Shown here piece by piece: positions 1 to 9,395 of a stretch of DNA of 64,000 nt. A program made the translations under genes and the position numbers. The notes under the pieces are model-generated. The model was not told where the DNA came from, searched no databases, and was given only the letters and a program-made list of their open reading frames with translations. The stretch's first letter is position 1, and each line of letters starts with the position of its first letter. Source of the stretch: an uncultured Acidobacteriota bacterium (GTDB taxonomy: Bacteria; Acidobacteriota; Thermoanaerobaculia; Multivoradales; UBA5704); NCBI GenBank assembly GCA_963700145.1, contig OY969474.1, positions 2,656,001-2,720,000 on the forward strand, read 5' to 3'.

Positions 1-45
1 CTGCCCGTCAGCCGCCACTACGTTCACCTGTTCCGGCAGATGTAA
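1..45 (+). CDS. 3' end of a LytTR-family response regulator (partial)
   Basis: Frame 1 reads LPVSRHYVHLFRQM*, the typical LytTR C-terminal motif. Confidence 0.7.
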   Translation: MPVSRHYVHLFRQM

Positions 46-78
46 CCGCCGTTCGTCCGCGCGAATCCGCCTTTCGTC
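46..78 (+). promoter_or_regulatory. Putative LytTR (AlgR-like) direct-repeat binding site
   Basis: ccgccgttcgtc (46-57) and ccgcctttcgtc (67-78), 21 bp apart; resembles the AlgR box CCGTTCGTC; directly follows the LytTR gene. Confidence 0.55.
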
Positions 79-125
79 GCAATCTGCTTGTTCGCGCGCA
101 CGTGTGCCGCCACCATGGTGGCGCA

Positions 126-503
126 ATGAAGGAAAACACAATCCTGGTCGTCACGTCTCTGCTCTCGATCCTCTTGCTGACGCTTCACATTACAGACGAC
201 ATCGTCCGTGGGATATCGAAGGCCGAGCCCTCAAACATTGCGCTGCTCGTCCTCGTGGTCTTCCTGTACGGGACGCTCGTGCTCGCCGAACGGCGATCGG
301 GGCACGTCATCATGCTGCTCGTCGGGTTGTTCGCGGCAGGCATGCCCGTCATCCACATGCGGGGCGCACATTACGGCGAGATCGCCAGCTCCACCGGCGG
401 CTTCTTCTTCGTCTGGACGCTGTGGGCGCTCGGCGGGCTCGGGGGCCTCACCTTCATCCTCTCGGCGCGCGGACTATGGAGTCTGCGGGCCCGCTCCCGG
501 TAG
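126..503 (+). CDS. Small integral membrane protein (about 4 TM)
   Basis: ATG at 126, four hydrophobic segments. Confidence 0.75.
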   Translation: MKENTILVVTSLLSILLLTLHITDDIVRGISKAEPSNIALLVLVVFLYGTLVLAERRSGHVIMLLVGLFAAGMPVIHMRGAHYGEIASSTGGFFFVWTLWALGGLGGLTFILSARGLWSLRARSR

Positions 504-509
504 GCTGCC

Positions 510-1247
510 ATGGAACCGATGGCAGATGCTTCGGCGCGCGGCTTTCGCCCGAGGTTCATTGGCAGGATGGTGGGCGCCGGTTATCTCCTCATGCTGGCGT
601 CGGGATTCGACCTGTTCTACGTCCTCGCCAAGCTGTACGTCCGTGGCGACGCTGCCGCCACCGCAGCCAACATCAAGGCGCATGAAGGACTGTTCTTGGC
701 GGGCTTTGCCGGCGCGCTGATCGGGGTCGCGTCCAGCCTTGTGGTAACGGCTCTCTTCTACCGCCTGTACGAACCGGTCAACCGGACGCTGTCTCTCTGC
801 GCGGCGTTGTTCGGCCTTACCGGATGCGTCATCCAAGGCATCGCCCTGATCTTTCACCTGATGCCCGTGCTCGTTTTGGCCGATCAGCCCTACCTGAGCG
901 CCTTCACGCTGGACCAGCGGCAGGCGCTGGCGCTCGTCCTTCTGCGTTCGTATGGGCAGGCCTACAACATAGGCCTGGTGTTCTTCGGCTTCTACCTGCT
1001 CCAGCTGGCCTATCTCACGTACCGTTCGGCATTCCTGCCCCGCTGGCTGGGAGTGCTCGTAGCGCTCGGCGCGGGCTGGCTCGTCTTCCTGTATCCGCCG
1101 CTCGCAAGTGCCACCCCTCGCTACGTCGTGTTGGCCAGCCTCGGAGAAGTTCTTCTGGTGCTGTGGCTCTCAGTCAAGGGCGTGGATGAAAAACGCTGGC
1201 ACGAGCAGGCCACTGCGGGCCTGCATGACTACGGTCGGTCGGCGTAA
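510..1247 (+). CDS. DUF4386-family membrane protein
   Basis: GDAAATAANI, LFYRLYEPVNRTLS, FLPRWLG motifs; multi-TM. Confidence 0.8.
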   Translation: MEPMADASARGFRPRFIGRMVGAGYLLMLASGFDLFYVLAKLYVRGDAAATAANIKAHEGLFLAGFAGALIGVASSLVVTALFYRLYEPVNRTLSLCAALFGLTGCVIQGIALIFHLMPVLVLADQPYLSAFTLDQRQALALVLLRSYGQAYNIGLVFFGFYLLQLAYLTYRSAFLPRWLGVLVALGAGWLVFLYPPLASATPRYVVLASLGEVLLVLWLSVKGVDEKRWHEQATAGLHDYGRSA

Positions 1248-1265
1248 GAGCGGTCCGCTCACGTC

Positions 1266-3263
1266 CTAGGTCGTGGCCTCGACCAGCGCTTCCTTGAACA
1301 TCCCCGGCGTGTAGGGCGTGATCTTGCCGGTGAAGGCGGAGGCGGCGACGGTCAGGGGGGAGGCGAGCCAGAGCTTGCCGGGGCCGGAGCGGCCCTTGTA
1401 GTTGCGGTTGATCGCCGAGACGGTGACCTGGTCGGTGGTCTCGGAGACCCCCGGGCCGCAGCCGATGCAGGCGCCGCACCCCGGGTGGATGACCTCGACC
1501 CCCGCCTGCGCGAAGGTGTCGAGCAGGCCGTGCTGGCGGCAGAAGTCCTCAACCGCCGCCGACCCGAACTGGATCAGGAAGCGCACGCCGGGCGCCACCT
1601 TGAGCCCGGCGTCCACCGCCTCCTTGACGACCTGGTGGTAGAAGACGAGGTCGTCGATCTTGCCCGCCGTGCAGCTCCCGCCGTAGGCGATCTCGATCGG
1701 CACCTCGCCGATCTCGTCGACGAAGGCGCCGTTGGTGGGGTCGGAGGGGATGCCGTGGTCGGGGTCCCCGGGGTGGGCCACCATCGGCCGGATCCCCGAG
1801 AGGTCGATCGTGTGCACGCCGCCGTCGTAGACGGCCCCCGGGTCCGGTGCTACCGCCCGCGCCCGGTACTGCTCGGGGTCGGTCCCGCGCCAGGCGGCGA
1901 GCCAGCGGAACGTCTCCTCGTCGGCCTCGACGATGGCGGTCCGCGCCGAGCACTCGGTCGCCATGTTGGTCAGGGTGGCGCGCTCGTCCATCGACAGGCC
2001 AGAGATGCCGGGGCCGGTGAACTCCATCACCCGGTTGAGCGTCGCCTGCGGCCGGGCGTAGTTGAGCAGGATGTAGAGCATCAGGTCCTTGGCAGTGACC
2101 CCTACTCCGAGCTTGCCCTTGAGCTCGAAGCGGATCGACTCCGGCACCTCGACCTGGGTGAAGCCGGAATGGATGAGGTTGGCGTACTCGGTCGCCCCGA
2201 CCCCCCAGGTGAGCGCGTTGTTGACGCCCCCCATGCAGGTGTGGCTGTCGGTCGCCTGGATGAAGTCGCCGGGCTCGACCAGCACCTCGCGCGCCACCTC
2301 GTGACAGATGCCGGGCGAGATCCCCTCCTTGGCCGAGAAGTCGCGCACTCCGGTGTGACGCTGGAACTCGCGCTGGAGCTGCCGCAGGACTTCGATCTTG
2401 TCGGCGAAGGCGCGCATCTTCGGCACCTCGTCGGCGTAGACCAGGTGGTCCTCGAAGACGGCGAACTTGGCGGGGTTCTTGATCTTGTAGTCCGGGCCGT
2501 ACTCCTCCTGCAGGAAGTGGTGGACCTGCGCGGTCGTGAATTCGTGGGTGTAGCCGCCGTCGACGTCGACGAGCACCGCGTCGCCCGGCTTGACGAACTT
2601 GGGCCCATCGCCGAGGAGATGGCGGGCGAGGATCTTCTCGGCCATGGTCATCGGCCGCGGGCCGGTGTCGGGGCGCGGCAGCTCGATCCCGCCGGCGGCG
2701 AGCGCCTTGGCGAAGGGGAAGAGTCCGCCCTCGCGCACGATGAGCCGGGTGATCGGGTCGCAGTCGCGGCAGAACTCCTCGAGCGGCACGCCCTCGCCGT
2801 CCTGCAGGCGCCGGAGCTGGTCGTGGTCCCCCATCAGCACGCCCTGGGCGTGGTTGTTGGCGGCGTGGATGGGGGCGAAGGAGGCGGCCACCGCGAGCCG
2901 GATCCCCGACCACTTCTCGGCCTGGACGGCGGTCTCGCGCGAGCTCCCCACCCCCTTGCGCAGCCCCGAGACGATGACCTCGAAGTTGCCGTTCTTGAGC
3001 GCGTCACGCTCGAAGAGGCGCTTGCCGTCCACGATCAGCCCGGCGTAGGCGTCGCGGGCCAGCTCCTCCGGCTTGTAGGCGAAGCAGACCCAGGCCGGGG
3101 TCATGGCGTCGGTGTTGATGTCGTCGAGGAGGTCGTCGACGGTTAGGTCCGCCATCCGCAAGTCCAGCTCCCCGGCGAGCTGCCGGCGGATGAGGTCCGG
3201 GTCCTTGGTCAGGAAGAGGACCCGCTTGCCGGGGGTTAGGCGGATAGTCTCGGGTGGTTTCAA
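1266..3263 (-). CDS. Aconitase-family hydratase, LeuD-like swivel domain fused N-terminally to a LeuC-like [4Fe-4S] domain
   Basis: DDINTD, GxGSSRE, DSHTCMGG, GSCT and GCGACIG motifs; TTG start at 3263 preceded by AGGAG. Confidence 0.85.
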   Translation of the reverse strand: MKPPETIRLTPGKRVLFLTKDPDLIRRQLAGELDLRMADLTVDDLLDDINTDAMTPAWVCFAYKPEELARDAYAGLIVDGKRLFERDALKNGNFEVIVSGLRKGVGSSRETAVQAEKWSGIRLAVAASFAPIHAANNHAQGVLMGDHDQLRRLQDGEGVPLEEFCRDCDPITRLIVREGGLFPFAKALAAGGIELPRPDTGPRPMTMAEKILARHLLGDGPKFVKPGDAVLVDVDGGYTHEFTTAQVHHFLQEEYGPDYKIKNPAKFAVFEDHLVYADEVPKMRAFADKIEVLRQLQREFQRHTGVRDFSAKEGISPGICHEVAREVLVEPGDFIQATDSHTCMGGVNNALTWGVGATEYANLIHSGFTQVEVPESIRFELKGKLGVGVTAKDLMLYILLNYARPQATLNRVMEFTGPGISGLSMDERATLTNMATECSARTAIVEADEETFRWLAAWRGTDPEQYRARAVAPDPGAVYDGGVHTIDLSGIRPMVAHPGDPDHGIPSDPTNGAFVDEIGEVPIEIAYGGSCTAGKIDDLVFYHQVVKEAVDAGLKVAPGVRFLIQFGSAAVEDFCRQHGLLDTFAQAGVEVIHPGCGACIGCGPGVSETTDQVTVSAINRNYKGRSGPGKLWLASPLTVAASAFTGKITPYTPGMFKEALVEATT

Positions 3264-3383
3264 CCAGGCTCTCCTGCGACGAACACCCCCGCCGCCGGGC
3301 GGCGAGGGACACTCATTGTAACCCTCACCGCCCCAGCGCACCTTCCCCGGGAACGCCCTGGTGTTGCGCCCGCTGTACGAGGG

Positions 3384-4541
3384 TTAAGGCGACCCGCCTG
3401 TAGCGCTCAGAATTGGTGCCGTTTCCCAAATGGATCCCATGCGGAGGCAGAAGTGGCCCACCTTTGCCACGGCGAGGATGTCGTCGCCATCGGGAGCGTC
3501 CTTTGTACCCTTCACGTTCCATAGTACCCAGAGGCCGATGTGGGCTGGGATGAGGTCCTTCGGGATTCGCTCGTCGCGCTTGAACATGAACGTCAGAAAG
3601 TCGGCGACTGCCTCGCGTAGGAGTGGATTTTCCTCCCTTAGCAGACGATCGACTGCATCCACCATACCTGCGCTGTCTCGCTCTCGAGTGGTTGCGAGGC
3701 CGATGCTCGCAGCTGTAAGGCACAGGCGCCAGACGTCCAGCCGACTGAAGACCCACTGGGGTGGGGAGTCAGCGTCGACGAGATCGAGCGCCGATGCCGT
3801 GACGCCAGCCTCAACGGCGCCGATGAGACGTTGAGCTCGCTCCGTTGGCTGGACGGGCGAGATCTTGCCCGCTGCCTCCATGGACTGCAGCCGCCTCCCA
3901 GTGACCTGACGTCGAACCGTCCGGCCTGAGGATGAAGGCAATTCGAGCTCGACTCGCTTGCCGAAGAGACGGTCCCAGAGATTGACAGAGAGCTTGGTCG
4001 AGTTCTCCAACAGCGTTCGGAGATCGGCCGATGAGCGGTGGCGCCAGCCGTCCACTCGATCGTTGGCCGTCTTCTGCCAATCGGAAAGAGCTTGTGCAAT
4101 CTTGCTTCTGAGGTCGTCTGGGTTATCTACTTCGTGCAGGACATATGTCTCACGATGCTTCCTCCGCCACTCCGATACCCATGGATCAGCTGCCAACTTA
4201 CTTTGGGGTTCAGCAGTATGGAATATAAATATGGGTATTCTGGCTTTCTTCGCTGTCTCATATTCAAGAGATGTGAACGATGAGTCCTCTAGTCCTGCCA
4301 GCCTTGGCGTCGATCCGCGAGAGGAGGAAACTACAAGAATGCACGCATCCGCATCGTTTACCCTCGACTTGCAGATCTCTACAACCTGCTCATCGCTGAG
4401 ATCCGTAAGCGGCTCAAGAACGTCTGCTTCCATACCCACTGCCGCAATTGCAAGCGCAGCTGCTTGACGAAACGGCAGTAGGTCCCGGATAGTAGAGGCG
4501 ACGAAGATCTTCTTGGTCCTAACCTTTGTATCGTGTGTCAT
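3384..4541 (-). CDS. DUF4062-domain protein with unknown C-terminal region
   Basis: KIFVASTIRDL, ICKSRVNDAD, SFTSLEYETA motifs; lower GC than flanks; start could extend to 4601. Confidence 0.75.
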   Translation of the reverse strand: MTHDTKVRTKKIFVASTIRDLLPFRQAAALAIAAVGMEADVLEPLTDLSDEQVVEICKSRVNDADACILVVSSSRGSTPRLAGLEDSSFTSLEYETAKKARIPIFIFHTAEPQSKLAADPWVSEWRRKHRETYVLHEVDNPDDLRSKIAQALSDWQKTANDRVDGWRHRSSADLRTLLENSTKLSVNLWDRLFGKRVELELPSSSGRTVRRQVTGRRLQSMEAAGKISPVQPTERAQRLIGAVEAGVTASALDLVDADSPPQWVFSRLDVWRLCLTAASIGLATTRERDSAGMVDAVDRLLREENPLLREAVADFLTFMFKRDERIPKDLIPAHIGLWVLWNVKGTKDAPDGDDILAVAKVGHFCLRMGSIWETAPILSATGGSP

Positions 4542-4831
4542 ATCTCTTGCCTCGGCCAACCTCTGTTCCGAGGACTCGCCGCGGCTTGCGTATCGCGGCA
4601 TAGGCGACAGGTGTATGTCGTCTATGCTCCGACGCCTGACCGCCCCCGAACCTCCGTGGATGTGGCTTCTCAGCTAGTTAGACACTATAACAGGGTGTCC
4701 CCGAGGATCTGGAGGTCCCCGAGCTGCTGAGAGCGCGGCGGGACCTGCCTCGCGGCCGCCTTGGGGCGGCGGGCGCGGCGGGAGTGGAAGCGGGAGCGGG
4801 TGCGGTTGATCGGCCGCACACCGGAGCGGCC

Positions 4832-5267
4832 GAATGGAGTGGGTCGGCAGGCGAATGGACCGGGTTGACAGCTCAATGGACTGGGTTGACGGCCGAACCG
4901 GGTGGGTTGGCGGCTGAATGGACTGGGTCGGCGGACGATTGGGCTGGGTTGGCCGCCGAATGGACTGGGTCGGCGGGCGAACCGAGTGGGTTGGCGACCG
5001 AATGGACTGGGTCGGCGGCCGATTGGGCTGGGTTGACCGTCGAATGGACTGGGTTGGCGGACGAACCGAGTGGGTCGAGCCGCCGACCCATCCCAATGGG
5101 CCGCCGACCCAGTCCATTCGGTCGCCAACCCAGCCCAATCGCCGCTCGAATCACGCCAATGGCGCGCTGACCCACTCCAATCGCCGGCCGACCCAGCCGG
5201 TCGACCCGCCTACCCAGCCCATCGGTCGCCTGACCCACACGATCCACCGGCCGACCCACTCAGTTCG
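4832..5267. repeat. 21-bp tandem array with two inverted arms (array A)
   Basis: About 12 units like gaatggactgggtcggcggcc (4832-5077), then 9 reverse-complement units like gccgccgacccagtccattcg (5079-5267). Confidence 0.95.
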
Positions 5268-5294
5268 CAGCGCGCCGGAGCGAGAGCTCTACGT

Positions 5295-5372
5295 GCTTAA
5301 CACCGATCCCGCCGCCGACACGCCGATCAGCGCCCCGGGCTGAATGCCGGAACGGCAAGTGCCGAGTTAGAC
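5295..5372. other. attC-like site
   Basis: RYYYAAC (GCTTAAC 5295-5301) to GTTRRRY (GTTAGAC 5366-5372), 78 bp with an imperfect internal inverted repeat. Confidence 0.4.
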
Positions 5373-5744
5373 GCCGGTTCGGAGCGACTGGATTGCTTGG
5401 CGAGTTCTTGCCCAATCGCCGCTTCGCAGGAAGAGGAGGTGAACGAAACCAAGCCGAAATCTGAACCGCCGTCTCATGCGATTCATGATCTTTTCCTCGA
5501 GCCAACCTTGATCGAAGCCAGCCCACTCACCAGCTACGGAGAGGAGATTCCAGCTGCAGATAGGACAGACCTCGTAGACCAGAATCCGTTCCAATTCGAC
5601 GATCGAGTATGGAGAAGCTGCGAGGGTCTTGGCGCGATACTCAAGATCCAAGGAAGCATCGGTGTCGAGAAACAAGGTCGAGAGCGCAGTCCAGACAGGA
5701 CGTCGAACTTCGATCTCCGCAGCCGACAGAGGCTCTGGATTCAT
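5367..5744 (-). CDS. Hypothetical protein (DUF7079-like), cassette-like
   Basis: RRPVWTALSTLFLDTD and SVAGEWAGFD motifs; bracketed by GTTAGACGCCG / CGGCGTCTAAC. Confidence 0.75.
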   Translation of the reverse strand: MNPEPLSAAEIEVRRPVWTALSTLFLDTDASLDLEYRAKTLAASPYSIVELERILVYEVCPICSWNLLSVAGEWAGFDQGWLEEKIMNRMRRRFRFRLGFVHLLFLRSGDWARTRQAIQSLRTGV

Positions 5745-5753
5745 GGTCGGCGT

Positions 5754-6353
5754 CTAACGTTCAGCATCAGCGGCGGCGCCGCGATGTCCTCGCACCTCGT
5801 AACGAAGCTCCACCATGCCGCTTTTGTAGGCTTTGACCTCCGCCAGGTGGAGGGGGATGTCTCTGTCGAGCTTCTCGAAGAACGGGATCCCATCACCAAT
5901 CAAGATCGGCAGGATCGAATAGCGAACTTCGTCGGCCAGCCCGAGGCGAAGGCACTCGGCGGAGACGACGCCGCCCCCAACAAACCAGATGGTGCGGAAC
6001 GTGGGCCGTAGGCGCCCATTCACGAATTGCGCGAGATCGCCTGAGTGGAACTCGACGGTATCCCGGGTCCGTGGTAGTTCGCGACGAGTGAGGACGAAGG
6101 TGGGTTTGTCGCCGTACGACCACCCCAGCCCTTGGGCTTCAAAGCGAAGCGCGGTCTCATAGGTTCGCGATCCCATGACGTAGCAGTCGATCGTCTTGAG
6201 GAACGCCTCGACGAAGCCTGGGTCCATTGTGTCCCCGCCTACGAATTCGTCTGAGGTCTCGAGCCAGTCGACGCGCCCGTCCTTTCGAGCGATGAAGCCG
6301 TCGAGGCTCGCCGCCATGTGGATCGTTACGCGAGAGTCAGGGATTGCCACCAC
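5754..6353 (-). CDS. Dihydrofolate reductase / RibD C-terminal family protein
   Basis: MAASLDGFIA, MGSRTY, IWFVGGG, PILIGDGIPFF. Confidence 0.9.
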   Translation of the reverse strand: MVAIPDSRVTIHMAASLDGFIARKDGRVDWLETSDEFVGGDTMDPGFVEAFLKTIDCYVMGSRTYETALRFEAQGLGWSYGDKPTFVLTRRELPRTRDTVEFHSGDLAQFVNGRLRPTFRTIWFVGGGVVSAECLRLGLADEVRYSILPILIGDGIPFFEKLDRDIPLHLAEVKAYKSGMVELRYEVRGHRGAAADAER

Positions 6354-6765
6354 TGCCGACTCGAGAGAACCCCGTGACTATTGCGCCCCACCAGCAGCGT
6401 TCCAGCTTGCCAATCTCCGCCACCTGCGAAGGATCGTCAGCATCTTGGACCAAGAAGTCAGCGACCAAGCCGCATTGAGCGGTCAGCTGAGCGGCCGGGT
6501 CGCCCAATGGACACTGGCCACCCGTGAGGTAGTAGTACTGACCTGGCATGGGTGACTGGGTTGGTGCCCCCATGATTCGGTCCACGGAGCTCTTCGAAAG
6601 GCCGAGGTGAAGTTGGTCGAGCTTGCGCGGCGCGAGATGGAGTGGACCTTCGATGAGGCAATCGCCGGGAGACGTGTCGGGAAGGGGCTGGCACGACGCG
6701 CACACCATCGCGAGCACAAGCGTGGCGACGCCGCACGTTCTCTTCGCGATTCTTACAATTGTCAC
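6337..6765 (-). CDS. Hypothetical lipoprotein, SmpA/BamE-like motif
   Basis: Hydrophobic leader with ASC; LHLGLSKSSVDRIMGAP motif. Confidence 0.45.
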   Translation of the reverse strand: MTIVRIAKRTCGVATLVLAMVCASCQPLPDTSPGDCLIEGPLHLAPRKLDQLHLGLSKSSVDRIMGAPTQSPMPGQYYYLTGGQCPLGDPAAQLTAQCGLVADFLVQDADDPSQVAEIGKLERCWWGAIVTGFSRVGSGGNP

Positions 6766-7532
6766 TGGTGGTTCTCCCGACGCCTGACCTCTGTTTCGAC
6801 GACTCGCCGCGGCAGATAGAGTACGCCATCCTCGCAGGAACTCGAACCAGACAGGCGCTCGCGGCGCTGCTCGTGCTGGCCGTCGGCCCGGCCGGGTGCA
6901 GTCGGCCGCCCGACGCCGGCGGCGAGGCGACCGTCGACATCGAGCCGCGCCCCGGGCTCCCCTTCCCCGACAGCGACGCCGGGCGCGCCGTCGCGGCGCA
7001 CCTCGACGCGATGTTCGCCATCGGTCCCAACGCCGACGCGAGCTACCAGGCGTCGCTTGCGGACCTGCGCGCGCGAGGCGGCGAAGCGATCGCGGCCCTC
7101 GTCGCCACCTACAACCAGGCCGACAAGACGCTGTACAACGAGCGCGCGGCCCTCGTCGAGACGCTGGCGGTGCTGTGGCTGCCCGAGGCGCGCGACGAGC
7201 TGCTCGCGATCGCCAACGAGCCCCTGCCCGAGCGCGTCCCGGCGCCCGACGGCACCGTGCCGCCGATCGGGCCGGAGATCGTCACCCGGACGACCGCGAT
7301 CCGCGGCCTGGGGAACCTCGCCGAGCGCGACGACGCCGCGGCCCGGGACCTCGCCGCGCTGGCGGAGCATCGCGAGCCGGCGCTGCAGGAGGAGGCCAAG
7401 CAGTCCCTGGCCAACGTCATCGCGCAGGAGAAGGACCGGCTGCGGCGCCAGCGGCTGATCCAGCTCTTCCCGGGCGAGCTCCCGGACTGGCTGCAGCTCC
7501 AGGACCTCGCGCCCCCGGCGCCGACCCGGTGA
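6759..7532 (+). CDS. Helical (HEAT-like) hypothetical lipoprotein; true start uncertain
   Basis: Strong GC3 bias from about 6855; signal-like [15 protein letters not shown]. Confidence 0.6.
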   Translation: MSLVVLPTPDLCFDDSPRQIEYAILAGTRTRQALAALLVLAVGPAGCSRPPDAGGEATVDIEPRPGLPFPDSDAGRAVAAHLDAMFAIGPNADASYQASLADLRARGGEAIAALVATYNQADKTLYNERAALVETLAVLWLPEARDELLAIANEPLPERVPAPDGTVPPIGPEIVTRTTAIRGLGNLAERDDAAARDLAALAEHREPALQEEAKQSLANVIAQEKDRLRRQRLIQLFPGELPDWLQLQDLAPPAPTR

Positions 7533-7556
7533 CAAGAGGCCCCCCCTTTTGTCACC
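7528..7556 (+). terminator. Hairpin at gene end (terminator or operator)
   Basis: ggtgacaagagg / ccttttgtcacc inverted repeat. Confidence 0.35.
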
Positions 7557-7601
7557 GCCCTACGACTGACCCCGTCACCGGCGGCTCCCTAGAGTTCCCG
7601 G

Positions 7602-9383
7602 GTGTCGATCGCCCTCGAGCACCTCACCAAGCGCTACGCCGGGCAGCCGGTGGTGCACGAGGTGTCGCTGGAGGTCGCGGCCGGGGAGCTGTTCGTGCTG
7701 CTCGGGCCCTCGGGGAGCGGCAAGAGCACGCTGCTGCGGATGATCGCCGGCCTCGCCGAGGTGGACGCCGGGCGGATCCTGCTCCACGGCCGCGACGTCA
7801 CCTCTCTCTCGCCGCAGGCGCGCGGGGTCGGGTTCGTCTTCCAGCACTACGCCCTCTTCCGCCACATGACGGTGGCCGAGAACGTCGAGTTCCCGCTCGC
7901 CGTGCGCAAGGTGGCGGCGCGCGAGCGGCGGCGGCGGCGCGACGAGCTGCTCGAGCTGGTCGGCCTGGCGGGGCTCGGCGCCCGGCTGCCGCGCCAGCTC
8001 TCCGGCGGCCAGCAGCAGCGGGTGGCGCTGGCGCGGGCGCTGGCGCACGGCCCCGAGGTGCTCCTTCTCGACGAGCCCTTCGGCGCCCTCGACGCCCGCA
8101 TCCGCCTGGAGCTGCGCGGCACGATCCGCCAGATCCAGCGCGAGGTCGGCATCACCACGCTCTTCGTCACCCACGACCAGGAGGAGGCCTTCGAGCTGGC
8201 CGACCGGCTGGGGGTGATGAGCTTCGGGCGCCTGCTCGAGACCGGCCCGCCACGCGAGCTGTACCTGCGGCCGGAGACCGAGTTCGTCGCGACGTTCCTC
8301 GGCAGCGCCAACCTGCTGGTCGGCGCCTCGACCCCCGGCGGCCTCTCCGTCGGCCCGGTCGAGTTCCCGCAGCCGACGCTGACCTCCGATGGCAGCGAGT
8401 CGCGGCGGGTACAGGTGCTCTTCCGGCCCGAGGACGTGGCGCTGGAGGCCTCGGCCGAGGCCGTCGCCGCGCCGGTCCTCGGGCAGGGGGTCGTCGAGAG
8501 CGGCTCCTTCGTCGGCGCCTTCGAGCGGCTGCGCCTGCGCCTGCCGGCGCTCCCCGGCGTGCGCGCCATCGCGCCGGCTGTCCCCTTCGGCGGCGACTAT
8601 CTGCTGGTCGAGGCCACCCGCACGCAGCACCAGGCGCGGCGGCTGCCGCTGGCGCCGGGGGACTCCGCCTGGGTCGGCGTGCGGCGGGTCCACGCGCTGG
8701 CCCATCCGGGGCTCTCGTTCCTGATCTTCAGCGACGGCTCGCCGGCGACGGAGCCGGCGGTCGGCTTCGGCGACGCCCTGGCACGGCGGACGCACGCCCG
8801 CGTCGAGAAGCTCTCCTACCGCGCCGAGAGCGCCGCCGAGACGATCTCCCTGGAGGCCGGGCGGCGGGCGGCGGACCTCGTCGTGGCGCCGCTGCCGCGC
8901 GAGGGGCTGGTGCTCGCCGAGGCGGCGCTCGCCGCCGGCGGCCACCACCTGCTGCTGGTGCCGGGGCCGGCGGAGACGCCGACGCGCCTCCTCATCTGCG
9001 TCGCGGTCGGCGAGCCGGGCAAGGAGGACGTCGGCTTCGCCGGCCGGCTCGCCCGCCACCTCGGCGCCGAGGCCACGATCCTCACCGTTCTCCCCGCCGC
9101 GGAGGGGACGGGCATGGCGCGCGCCCTGGCCGAGCGCTTCCTCGCCGCCAGCGCCCGCACGCTCGGCCGCATGGGAGTGCCAGCCAAGACCGCGATCCGC
9201 CAGGGGGCGCCGCGCGAGGAGATCCGCGCCGAGCTCGCCGAGGGGGGGCACGACCTCCTGGTCCTCGGCGCGCCGCTGCCGCAGCCGGACGGGCGGGTGC
9301 GCCTGACCGGTGTTGTGGCGCGCCTGCTCACCGACGCCCAAGGCCCCGTGCTCATCGTCCGCTCGTCACGGGGAGCCGTCTGA
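7602..9383 (+). CDS. cysA: Sulfate ABC transporter ATPase with C-terminal universal stress protein (USP) domains
   Basis: [39 protein letters not shown]; C-terminal GAPREEI...HDLLVLG...GPVLIV USP motif; upstream of sbp/cysT/cysW. Confidence 0.85.
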   Translation: MSIALEHLTKRYAGQPVVHEVSLEVAAGELFVLLGPSGSGKSTLLRMIAGLAEVDAGRILLHGRDVTSLSPQARGVGFVFQHYALFRHMTVAENVEFPLAVRKVAARERRRRRDELLELVGLAGLGARLPRQLSGGQQQRVALARALAHGPEVLLLDEPFGALDARIRLELRGTIRQIQREVGITTLFVTHDQEEAFELADRLGVMSFGRLLETGPPRELYLRPETEFVATFLGSANLLVGASTPGGLSVGPVEFPQPTLTSDGSESRRVQVLFRPEDVALEASAEAVAAPVLGQGVVESGSFVGAFERLRLRLPALPGVRAIAPAVPFGGDYLLVEATRTQHQARRLPLAPGDSAWVGVRRVHALAHPGLSFLIFSDGSPATEPAVGFGDALARRTHARVEKLSYRAESAAETISLEAGRRAADLVVAPLPREGLVLAEAALAAGGHHLLLVPGPAETPTRLLICVAVGEPGKEDVGFAGRLARHLGAEATILTVLPAAEGTGMARALAERFLAASARTLGRMGVPAKTAIRQGAPREEIRAELAEGGHDLLVLGAPLPQPDGRVRLTGVVARLLTDAQGPVLIVRSSRGAV

Positions 9384-9395
9384 AAGGTGGGAGAC

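Noticed and set aside
4674-5343. Several 76-154 aa heptapeptide-repeat ORFs on both strands
   Set aside because: By-products of the stop-poor 21-bp array; no RBS or codon-bias support.
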